From Candidatus Velthaea sp. (GTDB lineage: Bacteria; Vulcanimicrobiota; Vulcanimicrobiia; Vulcanimicrobiales; Vulcanimicrobiaceae), in NCBI GenBank assembly GCA_050012475.1, contig JBEKHC010000001.1:96001-160000 (forward strand): a stretch of 64,000 bases of DNA, given 5' to 3'. Below the pieces are notes generated by a model that saw only the letters and a list, made by a program, of their open reading frames with translations, ran no database searches and was not told the DNA's origin. Positions 30,257 to 40,303 of this stretch are shown here, in pieces. The first letter of the stretch is position 1; each line of letters starts with the position of its first letter. The position numbers and the translations under genes were made by a program.

Positions 30257-31966
30257 TTGCAAGTTAGCGGTCAGTCGTACGCAGATACCCTCGTCGTCCC
30301 ACCCCCGCCCCAGGAAAGTTACCTGCGCATCATCCCGCTCGGCGGATGCGGCGAGATCGGCCGGAACATGACCGTGGTCGAAACGAACGACGATCTCATC
30401 GTCGTGGACTGCGGCTTGATGTTTCCCGACGACGAGATGTTCGGCGTCGACATCGTCATCAACGATTTCTCGTATTTGCGCGAGCGCGCCGACAAGTTTC
30501 GCGCGCTGCTCGTCACGCACGGACATGAAGATCATATCGGCGGGATTCCGTACTTGCTGCGCGAGTTCACCGTCCCGGTCGTCGGCACGCCGCTCACGCT
30601 GGCGCTCATTCGCGCCAAACTCAAAGAACACAAGCCGGCCGAACTCAATTTCGTCACCGTCAACCCGGGCGACAAAGTCACCTACGGCGGCATCGAAACC
30701 GAATTCATCCACATCAACCACAGTTTGGCGGGCGCGTGCGCACTGGCGATTCACACGCCGCAGGGCACGGTCTTCCACACCGGCGACTTCAAGTTCGATC
30801 AAACCCCCATCGACGGGAAGCCGGCCGACTTCGCGGCGATCGCGCGCGTCGGCCAAGCCGGCGTGCTGTGCATGCTCGCCGATTCGACCAACGCCGAGCG
30901 CCCGGGCCACACGCTGTCCGAACGGATCGTCGGCGAAGCCTTCGCCAACATTTTCGCGCGCGCCAAAGGCCGGCTGATCGTCACCTCGTTCGCCTCGAAC
31001 GTGCCGCGCATTCAGCAGGTCGTCGACCAATCGCAGCGCTTCGGCCGCAAAGTGGCGTTCTTGGGCCGTTCGCTCTCCAACGTCGTGCATTACGCCACGG
31101 AGCTCGGCTACCTCGACATCCCGCCGGGGATGATCATCCGGCTCGAAGCCGTCGACGATTATCCCGCCGACCAAATCGTGGTCATGACGACGGGTTCGCA
31201 GGGCGAGCCGATGTCGGCGCTGACCCGCCTCTCGGTGCGCGATCACAAGAAGCTGCGCATCGTTCCCGGCGACACTGTCGTCATCAGCGCAACGCCGATC
31301 CCGGGCAACGAGAAAAGCGTCTCGAAAACGATCAACAACCTTTACCGTTTGGGCGCCAACGTGATCCACGGCTCGACCGGGATGGCGCATGTTTCGGGAC
31401 ACGCGTCGCAAGAAGAACTGCTGCTCATGCTCAACTTGGTGCGGCCCGACTACTTCATCCCGGTGCACGGCGAGTACCGGATGCTCGTCACCCACGGCAA
31501 CCTCGCGCGCCAAACCGGCGTTCCCGGCGACAACGTGTTCGTCATCGAGAACGGCGACGTGATTCAGTTCACCCACGAAACGGTCGGCAAGGTCGGGCGG
31601 ACGTACGGCGGCAACGTCATGGTGGACGGTTCAGGGGTAGGCGACGTGGGCGACGCGATTTTGCGCGACCGCAAGCATCTCGCCGGCGACGGGATCATGA
31701 TGGTGGTGGTCACCGTCGATGCCGAAGAAGCGCGGGTCGTGGCCGGACCCGATCTCGTGTCGCGCGGCGTCTTCTATTTGCCCGAGTCGGGTGCCGTGAT
31801 GGAAGAACTCAAGGCGAAGCTGACCCGGATTCTCGACGATTGCTCGGTCGAAGGCATCCGCGACGTCGGTACGGTGAAAGAACACATCCGCAACGGGCTT
31901 TCGAAGGCGATCTTCGAGCGCTCGCGGCGCAAGCCGATCGTCATCCCGGTCGTCATGGAAGTCTAG
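30257..31966 (+). CDS. rnj: Ribonuclease J
   Basis: PLGGCGEIGRN, THGHEDHIG, HVSGHA, PVHGEYR. Confidence 0.96.
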   Translation: MQVSGQSYADTLVVPPPPQESYLRIIPLGGCGEIGRNMTVVETNDDLIVVDCGLMFPDDEMFGVDIVINDFSYLRERADKFRALLVTHGHEDHIGGIPYLLREFTVPVVGTPLTLALIRAKLKEHKPAELNFVTVNPGDKVTYGGIETEFIHINHSLAGACALAIHTPQGTVFHTGDFKFDQTPIDGKPADFAAIARVGQAGVLCMLADSTNAERPGHTLSERIVGEAFANIFARAKGRLIVTSFASNVPRIQQVVDQSQRFGRKVAFLGRSLSNVVHYATELGYLDIPPGMIIRLEAVDDYPADQIVVMTTGSQGEPMSALTRLSVRDHKKLRIVPGDTVVISATPIPGNEKSVSKTINNLYRLGANVIHGSTGMAHVSGHASQEELLLMLNLVRPDYFIPVHGEYRMLVTHGNLARQTGVPGDNVFVIENGDVIQFTHETVGKVGRTYGGNVMVDGSGVGDVGDAILRDRKHLAGDGIMMVVVTVDAEEARVVAGPDLVSRGVFYLPESGAVMEELKAKLTRILDDCSVEGIRDVGTVKEHIRNGLSKAIFERSRRKPIVIPVVMEV

Positions 31967-32058
31967 CCGCTATCGGGTTTCGCCGAGCGACGCCCTTGCG
32001 CCGACCGTGTGGCGCACGGGCTTTTCACGGCGGCATGTACGCGCTGAAGATCTACTCG

Positions 32059-32709
32059 TCATTGAAACGTCAGTTCTAAATTGTACGTGAACGGCTGCGG
32101 CGTGCACCGGCTGCCGCGCAGGAAGCCGTATTGTCCGCCGCGCGCGATCCGCAACGCGGCCGCGTCGAGTGCCGGCGAGCCGGTGCTCTTGCGTAATGCG
32201 GGCGCAGCGGTCTGCGTGCCCGCGGCATCGAGTTCGACGGCGACCACCGCGGTGCCGGTGCGCTTGCGGTCGCGCGGGTCGGGCGTGAGAAACGCCAAAA
32301 CGTACGGCGTGCAATGCGGGTCGAGTGCCGCGGGCGTCGGGGCTTGGGCCGCAGCCGGCGCCGGAAGTTCGTAGATCAGGTGCAGGCCGCCGCTGTATGC
32401 GACGCAGCCGGCTTGCGGCGGATCGTAACTCGCCCCCTGCAGCGCCTGACGGGCGTTCAAATCGACAGCCGGATCGCCGGAGCTTTGATCGATCTGCAGG
32501 GCCCGCACGCGGCCGTCGCTGCCGATGTCGACCTCCACGGCGAGTTGCTTCGAGGTAATCTTGGCTTCCGGCGGCAGGCTCAGCTGCAGCGGCGCGGCGA
32601 GTTTCGCGGCGGTCGTCGCGCATCCGCCGCCCGAAGCGTGCGCGTGCGCCGCGACCGGGACGAGCGCCGAAAGCAGAACGGACGTGAGCGCGAGCGCGCG
32701 GTACTTCAT
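32059..32709 (-). CDS. Secreted protein with two TonB C-terminal-like domains
   Basis: Signal peptide; two units (SSGDPAVD / STGSPALDAAA). Confidence 0.75.
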   Translation of the reverse strand: MKYRALALTSVLLSALVPVAAHAHASGGGCATTAAKLAAPLQLSLPPEAKITSKQLAVEVDIGSDGRVRALQIDQSSGDPAVDLNARQALQGASYDPPQAGCVAYSGGLHLIYELPAPAAAQAPTPAALDPHCTPYVLAFLTPDPRDRKRTGTAVVAVELDAAGTQTAAPALRKSTGSPALDAAALRIARGGQYGFLRGSRCTPQPFTYNLELTFQ

Positions 32710-32778
32710 GGCCAAAGAACGCTTCGCAGGAAGATCGTCGGCTCCGCCCGCCGAGTCGGGGGCGGTGCGCGGTCGCTG

Positions 32779-35037
32779 TCAGGCGACGTGGATGCGGTCC
32801 CGTCCGGCTTGTTTTGCGCGATAGAGCGCCGCGTCGGCGCGGTTGAGTGCCCGGTCGAACGTGTCGGCCGCTGCATCGAACATGGCGATGCCGAAACTGG
32901 AGGTGACGTGAATCGTCGCGTCTTGCGTCACCACATCCGTTTCGGCGATCTTCGCTCGAATGCGCTCGGCGACCGCCGTGGCTTCGCTGAGCGCGGCGCC
33001 GGGGAGGAGCAGCGCGAACTCTTCGCCGCCGATGCGGGCGACGAGATCGGTCGGCCGCAGCCGGTCCGTGGCTGCTTGTGCGACGCGCTGCAGCACGGCG
33101 TCGCCGGCGGCGTGCCCGTAGGTATCGTTGACGCGCTTGAAATGATCGATGTCGAAGATGACGACGGCCAACTCACCGCCGCTGCGCCGCAGCGCGGCGA
33201 TTTCGGCGCGCGCGCGCTCGTGCAGGTAGCGGCGATTGGCGACCCGGGTCAGCATATCGGTCATCGAAAGGTGCTCGAGTTCGCGCTGCGTCGCTTGCAG
33301 CTCGTTCACGGTGTGTTCGAGCTTCGTGTAGGCCGCGGCGTTGTCGAGCGCGATCGCCGCATAGGCGCCGATCGCATGCACGATCGAGACCTCGTTTTCC
33401 GCATACGCGCCGGCGCGTTCCGAGCCGATGATCACCAGGCCCAGCACCCGGTCGGCAACGACCAGCGGCGAATACAGCACCGTCCGCAGCGGAAGGGGCG
33501 CATTCGTGTCGACGACTTCATACCGCGTGCTCAGCGCACGCGCCTGCGGCGACGCCGCATCTTCGAGGCCCAGCCCGGCGGCCGAACTCGCGCGGCAAAA
33601 TTCGCTGTCGAAAACCCGCTGCAATGACGTTCCGTCCGGTTCGAGGAGATAGACCCCGAACGCCGTGACGTGCAGCAGGTCGGCGGCGTGCCGCGCGTAG
33701 ATCGCGAACACCGCGTTCCGGTCGAGCGTCGCGGTGATCTCCTGACCGATGCGCCCGAGCGTGGCCAGCATCGCGGCGATGCGGCGATGGGATTCCGCGT
33801 CGGCATGCGCGCGTTCCAGACCGAGCTTGGCGGTCATATGGCCGGCGTACTGCTGAGCCGCCACGGCCTCGATCTTCGCGCGCAGCGCATGATGCGCTTG
33901 GAGCAGGTCGTAGGCGGCGGCGTGTTCGCCCAGGGCCTGATGCGCTTGGGCGCAGGCGAGCAGCACGGTCGCACGCAGCTCGGATTCGTCGTGCCGGTCG
34001 AGCGCGCATAGCGCTTGCTCGCCGTGCACGAGCGCGTCGAGCGGCGCATCGAGCGCCAGCGCGCATTGCGCGAGTCCGGTTTGAACGTCGGCGACGCTGC
34101 ACTCGTCGACGTACGGTTGGCGGTAGATTTCGACGAACTCGTCCTCGAACGCGGCGCGCGCCTGTGCGGGCTCGCCGCAAATCAAAAAATGGCGGCCCAA
34201 GGCTGCGTAGTACGACGCCCGTCCGAACGGGCTGAGCGTTCCGGTCGACGGGCCGCCGGGGTAGCGGACGGCGCCGGGGGCGGGCGTCGTCACGCGCCAC
34301 GCCTCGGCCTCGAGCAGACGCCGGGCGGCCAAGATGTCGCGGTCCGCACGTGCCGTCCGGCCCGCGGCCCGATGACGCGCGGCGCGCTCGTGCAGCGCGT
34401 CGGTGAGATTCCAGCGCGCGAGCTGCACCTCGTCGAGAAACGTGTCGCTGGTCGGCGGGTCCGCATCTGCCGCAGCGATCGCGCATTCGTAGACCTCGAT
34501 CGCCGCGTCGATATCGCGGATCGCGAAGAGCGCCACGCCCAGCATGATCAGGCTGCGGATCTGCGCGCAGCCCGGTGAGATGACGGTCACCGCGGTAGTC
34601 GTTGTCGCCTCACCCGCATCGATTGCTGCCGTGGCAAGCCGCACGCCTTCCTCGAGTTGCGGCAGCGCTTCGGCGATCCGTCCGAGCTTGAAGAGCGCGG
34701 TACCCGCGGCGCGAAACGTCTCGGCATGCACGCCGGCGAGAGGCTGCGCCGCGGCGGCGGCGAGCTTGGCGAAGACGCGCGCACCTTCGTCCGCGGCCCG
34801 CAAACCCGCTTCGTGCCGGCCGTAGAGAATGAGTGCGCGGCTATACAGGCACAGCGCACGCCCCAGCAGCGCGGGGTCGGACAACCCGCGAACGCGCTCC
34901 AACATCGTCTCGACCTCGCCGAGGTCCGCTCCGACGCCGCAGACGAACTGCGCTTCGAGTTCGTACACGTCGCGTGCGGCCCGGTCTCGGGCATTGATCG
35001 CGGATGGTCGCGTAGCCGCGGCGGTGTTCATGACCAT
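32779..35037 (-). CDS. Diguanylate cyclase with TPR-like and GAF domains
   Basis: DIDHFKRVND, RPTD I-site, GGEEF; GAF domain upstream. Confidence 0.9.
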   Translation of the reverse strand: MVMNTAAATRPSAINARDRAARDVYELEAQFVCGVGADLGEVETMLERVRGLSDPALLGRALCLYSRALILYGRHEAGLRAADEGARVFAKLAAAAAQPLAGVHAETFRAAGTALFKLGRIAEALPQLEEGVRLATAAIDAGEATTTTAVTVISPGCAQIRSLIMLGVALFAIRDIDAAIEVYECAIAAADADPPTSDTFLDEVQLARWNLTDALHERAARHRAAGRTARADRDILAARRLLEAEAWRVTTPAPGAVRYPGGPSTGTLSPFGRASYYAALGRHFLICGEPAQARAAFEDEFVEIYRQPYVDECSVADVQTGLAQCALALDAPLDALVHGEQALCALDRHDESELRATVLLACAQAHQALGEHAAAYDLLQAHHALRAKIEAVAAQQYAGHMTAKLGLERAHADAESHRRIAAMLATLGRIGQEITATLDRNAVFAIYARHAADLLHVTAFGVYLLEPDGTSLQRVFDSEFCRASSAAGLGLEDAASPQARALSTRYEVVDTNAPLPLRTVLYSPLVVADRVLGLVIIGSERAGAYAENEVSIVHAIGAYAAIALDNAAAYTKLEHTVNELQATQRELEHLSMTDMLTRVANRRYLHERARAEIAALRRSGGELAVVIFDIDHFKRVNDTYGHAAGDAVLQRVAQAATDRLRPTDLVARIGGEEFALLLPGAALSEATAVAERIRAKIAETDVVTQDATIHVTSSFGIAMFDAAADTFDRALNRADAALYRAKQAGRDRIHVA

Positions 35038-35086
35038 GGTTCCTGAGCTGAAGCTTCCGTTCTTAGGGAAACGGCGTCTGCTTGGG

Positions 35087-35114
35087 TTGTCGGCCGAAGC
35101 CGCACTTCGCTTGA
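35087..35114 (-). promoter_or_regulatory. Sigma28 (FliA/SigD)-like promoter
   Basis: TCAA-N16-GCCGACAA upstream of the diguanylate cyclase. Confidence 0.6.
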
Positions 35115-35167
35115 GCGGCGGGGCCGTGAACCGGGCTGCTCCGCGCCGGACGCTCCTGCGGGACGGG

Positions 35168-35806
35168 TCAGAGCACCCGGGCTCGGGGTGCGGCGATCCG
35201 CGTCACGGTGAGGGCCAGCGCCAGCATGGCGACGGCGAGCAGGATGCCGCCGGCGAGGTCCGAGGGGTAGTGGGCGCCCAGCGCGAGCCGCGACCAGATG
35301 ACGCCGACGCCCCACGCGACTAGCGCTGCGCAGAGCGGGATCCGCACCGCCGGGCGCAGCGCGCTGCGCGCGACGTGGTACGCCCACAGCCAGTACACCA
35401 GGGTGGCAAACATCGCGTGACCGCTGGAATAGGCGAAGCTCGTTTCGTGAAAGACGAGCCAATACGGCGGCCGCGGCCGGGCGAACAGGTCCTTGAGCAC
35501 GTTGCTCGTTTGCCAGGCCACGAGCGTGATCACGACGGCAAAAACGATGCGCGCGCGCCAGGCCGGGAACCGGATCGCGAGAGCGCAACCGGCCAAACCG
35601 AATGCCGTGAGCACCGGCCACAAGCACGACTCGGTGAAGATCGCAGCGATGCGCGGCGCTTCGCCGGCAACGCTGCGCGCCGCCGCGTCGATCCCGTGGG
35701 GCGGGACGTGTGACACCGCGTTGCCGAGCAGCACGTACACCACTGCCGCAACGACGAACACCGCGGCCGGAGCGAGCGCGCCGGCCGCGCGCGCCCGAAC
35801 CGCCAT
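35168..35806 (-). CDS. PAP2-family phosphatase
   Basis: KDLFARPRP, SSGHA, SRLALGAHYPSD; ATG overlaps the ftsK stop. Confidence 0.9.
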   Translation of the reverse strand: MAVRARAAGALAPAAVFVVAAVVYVLLGNAVSHVPPHGIDAAARSVAGEAPRIAAIFTESCLWPVLTAFGLAGCALAIRFPAWRARIVFAVVITLVAWQTSNVLKDLFARPRPPYWLVFHETSFAYSSGHAMFATLVYWLWAYHVARSALRPAVRIPLCAALVAWGVGVIWSRLALGAHYPSDLAGGILLAVAMLALALTVTRIAAPRARVL

Positions 35807-38145
35807 CAAAACAGCTCCGGCTGCTTGTCGGTCTTTCCCAAACGCGGCGCGATGATCTCGAGGTCCATGAGCCCGAGCAAAATCTTGCGCGGTTTGGTGC
35901 CTTCGTGCGCGCCGACCACTTTGAAATCTTCGAGCTGCTTCATCAACCGCACGGCGCGCGGATGGCCGATCGAGAATTGCGACTGCAATTGCGCGGTCGA
36001 CGCGTAGTTGGTTTCGATGATGAACTTCGCCGCGTCGTAGCACAGCGGATCGATGTTGACCTTGGCTTCCTCGTCGGCTTCGATCGGGACCACCTCGACG
36101 TCGAGCAGATTTTCGGGCCGAGCCTGGCGGGCCCAGAACTCGACGAGCCGGTTGATCTCGGCGCCGGTCACGAGCGCGCCTTGCGAGCGCACGGGTTTGG
36201 GCGCGTCGATCGGCAAGTAGAGCATGTCGCCGCGGCCCAATAGGCGTTCGGCCCCGCCCATGTCGAGGATCGTGCGCGAATCGACTTGCGAGCTGACCGC
36301 GAAGGCGATGCGCGAGGGGATGTTGGCTTTGATGATTCCGGTGATGACGTCGACCGACGGGCGCTGCGTGGCGACGACGAGGTGGATGCCGGTCGCCCGC
36401 GCGAGCTGGGCGATCCGGCAGATCGTCGTTTCGACCCGCGCCGGCGCGATCAGCATCAGATCGGCCAACTCGTCGATGACGATCACCACGTAGGGCAGCT
36501 TCTCATCGGGAAACTTCGCGTTGAATTCTTCGATCTTGCGCACGCCGGCCTTGGCGAAGCGCTCGTAGCGCGAATCCATCTCTTTGGTCATCTCGAAGAG
36601 CGCCCCGGCGGCGAGCTTGGCGTCGGTGATGACTTCTTTGATGAGGTGCGGGATGCCGTTGTAGACCGTCAGTTCGACCCGCTTGGGATCGATCATCAGC
36701 AACTGCACTTGATCGGGCGTCGCGTTGACGAGCAGCGACGCGATGATGCAATTGAGGCAGACCGATTTCCCCGATCCGGTGGCGCCGGCAACTAGCAGAT
36801 GCGGCATTTTGCCCAGGTCGCCGAATACGACGCGTCCGGTGATGTCCTTGCCCAGCGCCATGTTGAGCGGCGGCACCATGCCGCGCTGCGGCAGCGCTTC
36901 GAGAATTTCGCGAATCGCGACGATCGAGACGGTCGCGTTGGGAACCTCGATGCCGACGGCGGACTTGCCCGGAATCGGCGCTTCGATCCGCACCGACGTC
37001 GCGGCCAGCGCGAGCGCGAGATCGTCGGTCAGGGCGGAGATGCGCGAGATTTTTACGCCGCGTTCGGGCTTGAGTTCGTAGCGGGTAATCGACGGACCGC
37101 GTTCGATGTGCACGACTTTGGCGCCGACGCCGAACGAGGCCAGCGTATCTTCGAGGATCGTGGCGCGATTGGATTCGTCGACGTGCTGCGCTTGCGGCGC
37201 GTCGAAGATCGTCAGCTCGGGCAGCCGGTACGCGCGCCGCGCGCCGGCCGGTTCGTACTCGCCGTCGACCGCCTCATTTTCGTCTTCGTCGAGCGCTTCG
37301 TCGTCTTCGAGTTCCTCGTCGTCGTCGAGTTCTTCGTCATCTTCGAGCTCTTCGTCATCTTCGAGCTCTTCGTCATCTTCGAGTTCCTCGTCGTCGTCGA
37401 GCTCTTCATCGTCGTCGAGCTCTTCCTCGTCGGCATCGGGGTCTTCGACGTACTCGTCACCGGCATCGATCTCGTCGACCGGCTTCACCGGCGCGCTGCG
37501 CACCGCGGCGGGCCGAGCCGCGACGGCGGTCAGCGCGCCGGCCGCCCCGGCGGCTTTGGGAATGAGGGCCGGCAGGTGAAAGGCTTCGCGCAGGCTACGC
37601 GGACCGGGCGCCGCAGCCGGTGCCGAGGCTCGTGAGCCGCCACGCTTGGGGGCCGGCGGCGGCCGCAGCGCGGCCAGCCGCGCGATGCACCAGCCGATGA
37701 CTTTCTTCACGGAAACGTTGGTGACCCAAACCGCTATCGACAGCGCTGCCACGACGAGGACGATCTTTTCGCCGATGTCGCCGACGAGGCTGGACAGGCC
37801 GCCGTCCAAGGCGCGTCCGAGCAGGCCGCCGTGGGAGCCCAGCGCCGTGTCGAGGATGATGAAAAAGCCCACCGCCGCCGAACCGAGCGTCGCGATCATC
37901 TTGGGGACGTTGATCTCGAGGAAGACGATCGCGCCGAGCAGCGCGATCAGGCAAGGAAACCAACCGGCTGCGCCGCCGAAGAGCGCTTGCATGGCGTGCG
38001 ATGCCGCGCCGCCGATCGCACCCGTTCGCCCGGCCGGGAGCACAATCGCGATACCCAAGAGCAAGGCGAAGCCTAGCGCCGCGATCCCGGCGAGCTCGAA
38101 ATTCAGCCGTGTTGCCGCCGCGGCCTTACGCCGTACGCGTGCCAT
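35806..38145 (-). CDS. ftsK: DNA translocase FtsK/SpoIIIE
   Basis: N-terminal TMs, AGATGSGKS, IDELAD, ATQRPSVD, GAERLLGRGDML, gamma domain. Confidence 0.95.
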   Translation of the reverse strand: MARVRRKAAAATRLNFELAGIAALGFALLLGIAIVLPAGRTGAIGGAASHAMQALFGGAAGWFPCLIALLGAIVFLEINVPKMIATLGSAAVGFFIILDTALGSHGGLLGRALDGGLSSLVGDIGEKIVLVVAALSIAVWVTNVSVKKVIGWCIARLAALRPPPAPKRGGSRASAPAAAPGPRSLREAFHLPALIPKAAGAAGALTAVAARPAAVRSAPVKPVDEIDAGDEYVEDPDADEEELDDDEELDDDEELEDDEELEDDEELEDDEELDDDEELEDDEALDEDENEAVDGEYEPAGARRAYRLPELTIFDAPQAQHVDESNRATILEDTLASFGVGAKVVHIERGPSITRYELKPERGVKISRISALTDDLALALAATSVRIEAPIPGKSAVGIEVPNATVSIVAIREILEALPQRGMVPPLNMALGKDITGRVVFGDLGKMPHLLVAGATGSGKSVCLNCIIASLLVNATPDQVQLLMIDPKRVELTVYNGIPHLIKEVITDAKLAAGALFEMTKEMDSRYERFAKAGVRKIEEFNAKFPDEKLPYVVIVIDELADLMLIAPARVETTICRIAQLARATGIHLVVATQRPSVDVITGIIKANIPSRIAFAVSSQVDSRTILDMGGAERLLGRGDMLYLPIDAPKPVRSQGALVTGAEINRLVEFWARQARPENLLDVEVVPIEADEEAKVNIDPLCYDAAKFIIETNYASTAQLQSQFSIGHPRAVRLMKQLEDFKVVGAHEGTKPRKILLGLMDLEIIAPRLGKTDKQPELF
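37289..37432 (-). repeat. 18-bp coding tandem repeat (DDEEL[D/E]) in the FtsK linker
   Basis: About 8 hexapeptide units in the translation. Confidence 0.85.
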
Positions 38146-38245
38146 TGGCGACGAGAATACTTCGTGCGTCTACCGGACTCCGCCAGTACGCGCGCGAAGC
38201 GTCGCTCAGGCGGCGTAAAGACTGCGCGCCGCTCAAGGAAGTATT

Positions 38246-39319
38246 GTGTTCAAACCAAGCGTCGTCGTGCTCGACGGCGATGAGACCGGTCAAGAGCTGC
38301 TGCTGGAATCGCTGCGCGTCCTCGCGCCGGACGTCGTCGGCATGGAGATCGAATTCAAGCACTTCGACTTGTCGCTGGGATCGCGGCGCGCGACCCAGAA
38401 CGGCATCGTGCACGAGGCGGCGGCGGCGATGAAGGTCGCGACGCTGGGCCTCAAAGCCGCGACGATCACGCCGGAAACCCGCGACGACGTGGGTTCGCCC
38501 AATGCAATTTTGCGCCGCGAGATCGACGGCGAAGTCATCGTTCGGACCGGGCGCCGAATTCCGGGTGTGCGGCCGGTCGCCGGCATTCACGCGCCGATCT
38601 CCGTCGTGCGCATGGCGGTCGGCGACGCCTACGGCGCCAAAGAATGGCGCGAGGGCAGCGGCGACGACGAAGTGGCCTATCGAACCGAACGGATCGAGCG
38701 CTCCGTGTGCCGGCACGTTGCGGAGTACGCTTTTTTTCACGCCCGGAAAATGGGCGCGAAGGTCTTCGGCGGCCCCAAGTACACGGTCAGCCCGGTGTAC
38801 GAGGGGATGCTCAAGGAAGAACTCGACCACGCCGCGGCGCGCTACCCGGATGTGACGTACGAACCGCAGCTCATCGACGCAACGTACGCGCTGTTGATCG
38901 CGTCGGCGGGCGACGCGATGGTCATTCCCACCTTGAACCGCGACGGCGACTGCATGTCGGATCTGGTGATGCAGCTCTTCGGCTCGATCGCCGGCGCGGA
39001 ATCGGTTCTGCTCGCCTTCGGCCCCAAGTTGCGCCCTAGCGTCGTCATGGCGGAAGCACCCCACGGCACCGCGCCGCGTTTGTTCGGCAAGAACGTCGCC
39101 AACCCGATGGCGATGATACTCGCCTCGGCCGCACTGCTGGGCCACATCGACGACAGGCGCGCGGTGAACGCGTCGCGGGCGATGTACGAATCCGTGCTCG
39201 AAACCGTGCGCGGCGGGCTCGCCACCAGCGATCTGGGCGGCCACGCGGGGACGACGGAATTCACCGACGCGGTGATCGCCAAGGTCAAAACCAAACTCGA
39301 CGTCTGGGCGACGCTGTAG
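38246..39319 (+). CDS. Isocitrate/isopropylmalate-family dehydrogenase
   Basis: KAATITP, SPNAILR, NRDGDCMSD, EAPHGTAP, ANPMAMI. Confidence 0.88.
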   Translation: MFKPSVVVLDGDETGQELLLESLRVLAPDVVGMEIEFKHFDLSLGSRRATQNGIVHEAAAAMKVATLGLKAATITPETRDDVGSPNAILRREIDGEVIVRTGRRIPGVRPVAGIHAPISVVRMAVGDAYGAKEWREGSGDDEVAYRTERIERSVCRHVAEYAFFHARKMGAKVFGGPKYTVSPVYEGMLKEELDHAAARYPDVTYEPQLIDATYALLIASAGDAMVIPTLNRDGDCMSDLVMQLFGSIAGAESVLLAFGPKLRPSVVMAEAPHGTAPRLFGKNVANPMAMILASAALLGHIDDRRAVNASRAMYESVLETVRGGLATSDLGGHAGTTEFTDAVIAKVKTKLDVWATL

Positions 39320-39337
39320 CGGCTCGGGCGAAGCCGT

Positions 39338-40225
39338 TCAGCGTTCTTTGGGGTCGAGCGCGTCGCGCAGCCCGTCGCCCAGCAGATTGAAGCCCAGCAC
39401 GAGAACCGTGATCGAGGCGCCCGGAAAGATCAGCGCCCACGGTGCGCTCAGCCAGTAGTCACGGGCGTCGTTGAGCATCGCTCCCCATTCGGGCATGGGC
39501 GGGCGCGCGCCCAGTCCCAGATAGGATAATCCGGCCGCTTCGAGTTCGGCCGTCGCGATGCCGAGCGTGGCCTGAACCAGCAGCGGCGTCAAAATGTTGG
39601 GCAAGATGTGGCGGGCGAGGATCGCAGGCGTCCGCGCGCCCAGCGCGCGCGCCGCTTCGACGAATTCGGTGTCTCGCAGGTTGAGCACCGAGGAGCGGGC
39701 CAGGCGGGCGTACTGCGGCACGTACACGATGCCGACGGCAATCATCAAATTGGTGATGCTCGGCCCCAGAATCGTCGTGATGCCGATCGCGAGAATGATC
39801 GAGGGAAACGCCAGCATGATGTCCATCGCGCCCATGAGCAGCGCGTCGATCCGGCCGCCGACATAACCGGCGACCAAGCCGATGAGGGTCCCGGCACTGA
39901 TTGCTAGACCCACGGCCACGAAGCCGATGCGAATCGAGATTCGCGCGCCGTAGACGATGCGGGCGAACAGGTCGCGGCCCAGCTTGTCGGTGCCGAACCA
40001 ATGGGCGGCACTGGGGGCCTGCGCTTGCTGCAGAAGGTTCTGCGACAGCGGGTCGGATCCGGCGAGCAGTGGGGCGAAGACGGCTATCAGGACGATGAGC
40101 GTCACGATCGCCGCTCCGGTCAGGGCGCCGGGCGCGCGCCGGAACCGGCGCCAGACGTCGGCCGCGAAACTGCGTGACGGGGCGTCGCCGGGTCGCCCAG
40201 TTTCGGAGAGGACGGTGGTGGCCAT
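39338..40225 (-). CDS. Peptide ABC transporter permease (DppC/OppC-like)
   Basis: HWFGTDKLGRD, EAARALGA loop, GDGLRDALDP. Confidence 0.92.
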   Translation of the reverse strand: MATTVLSETGRPGDAPSRSFAADVWRRFRRAPGALTGAAIVTLIVLIAVFAPLLAGSDPLSQNLLQQAQAPSAAHWFGTDKLGRDLFARIVYGARISIRIGFVAVGLAISAGTLIGLVAGYVGGRIDALLMGAMDIMLAFPSIILAIGITTILGPSITNLMIAVGIVYVPQYARLARSSVLNLRDTEFVEAARALGARTPAILARHILPNILTPLLVQATLGIATAELEAAGLSYLGLGARPPMPEWGAMLNDARDYWLSAPWALIFPGASITVLVLGFNLLGDGLRDALDPKER

Positions 40226-40303
40226 CGAAGGGCCAGGCTTTTCTGACTCGCGTCGCGCCGGTCCCGCCGTTGCGCAGGGACGGGACTGACGAGGACATGG
40301 ACG

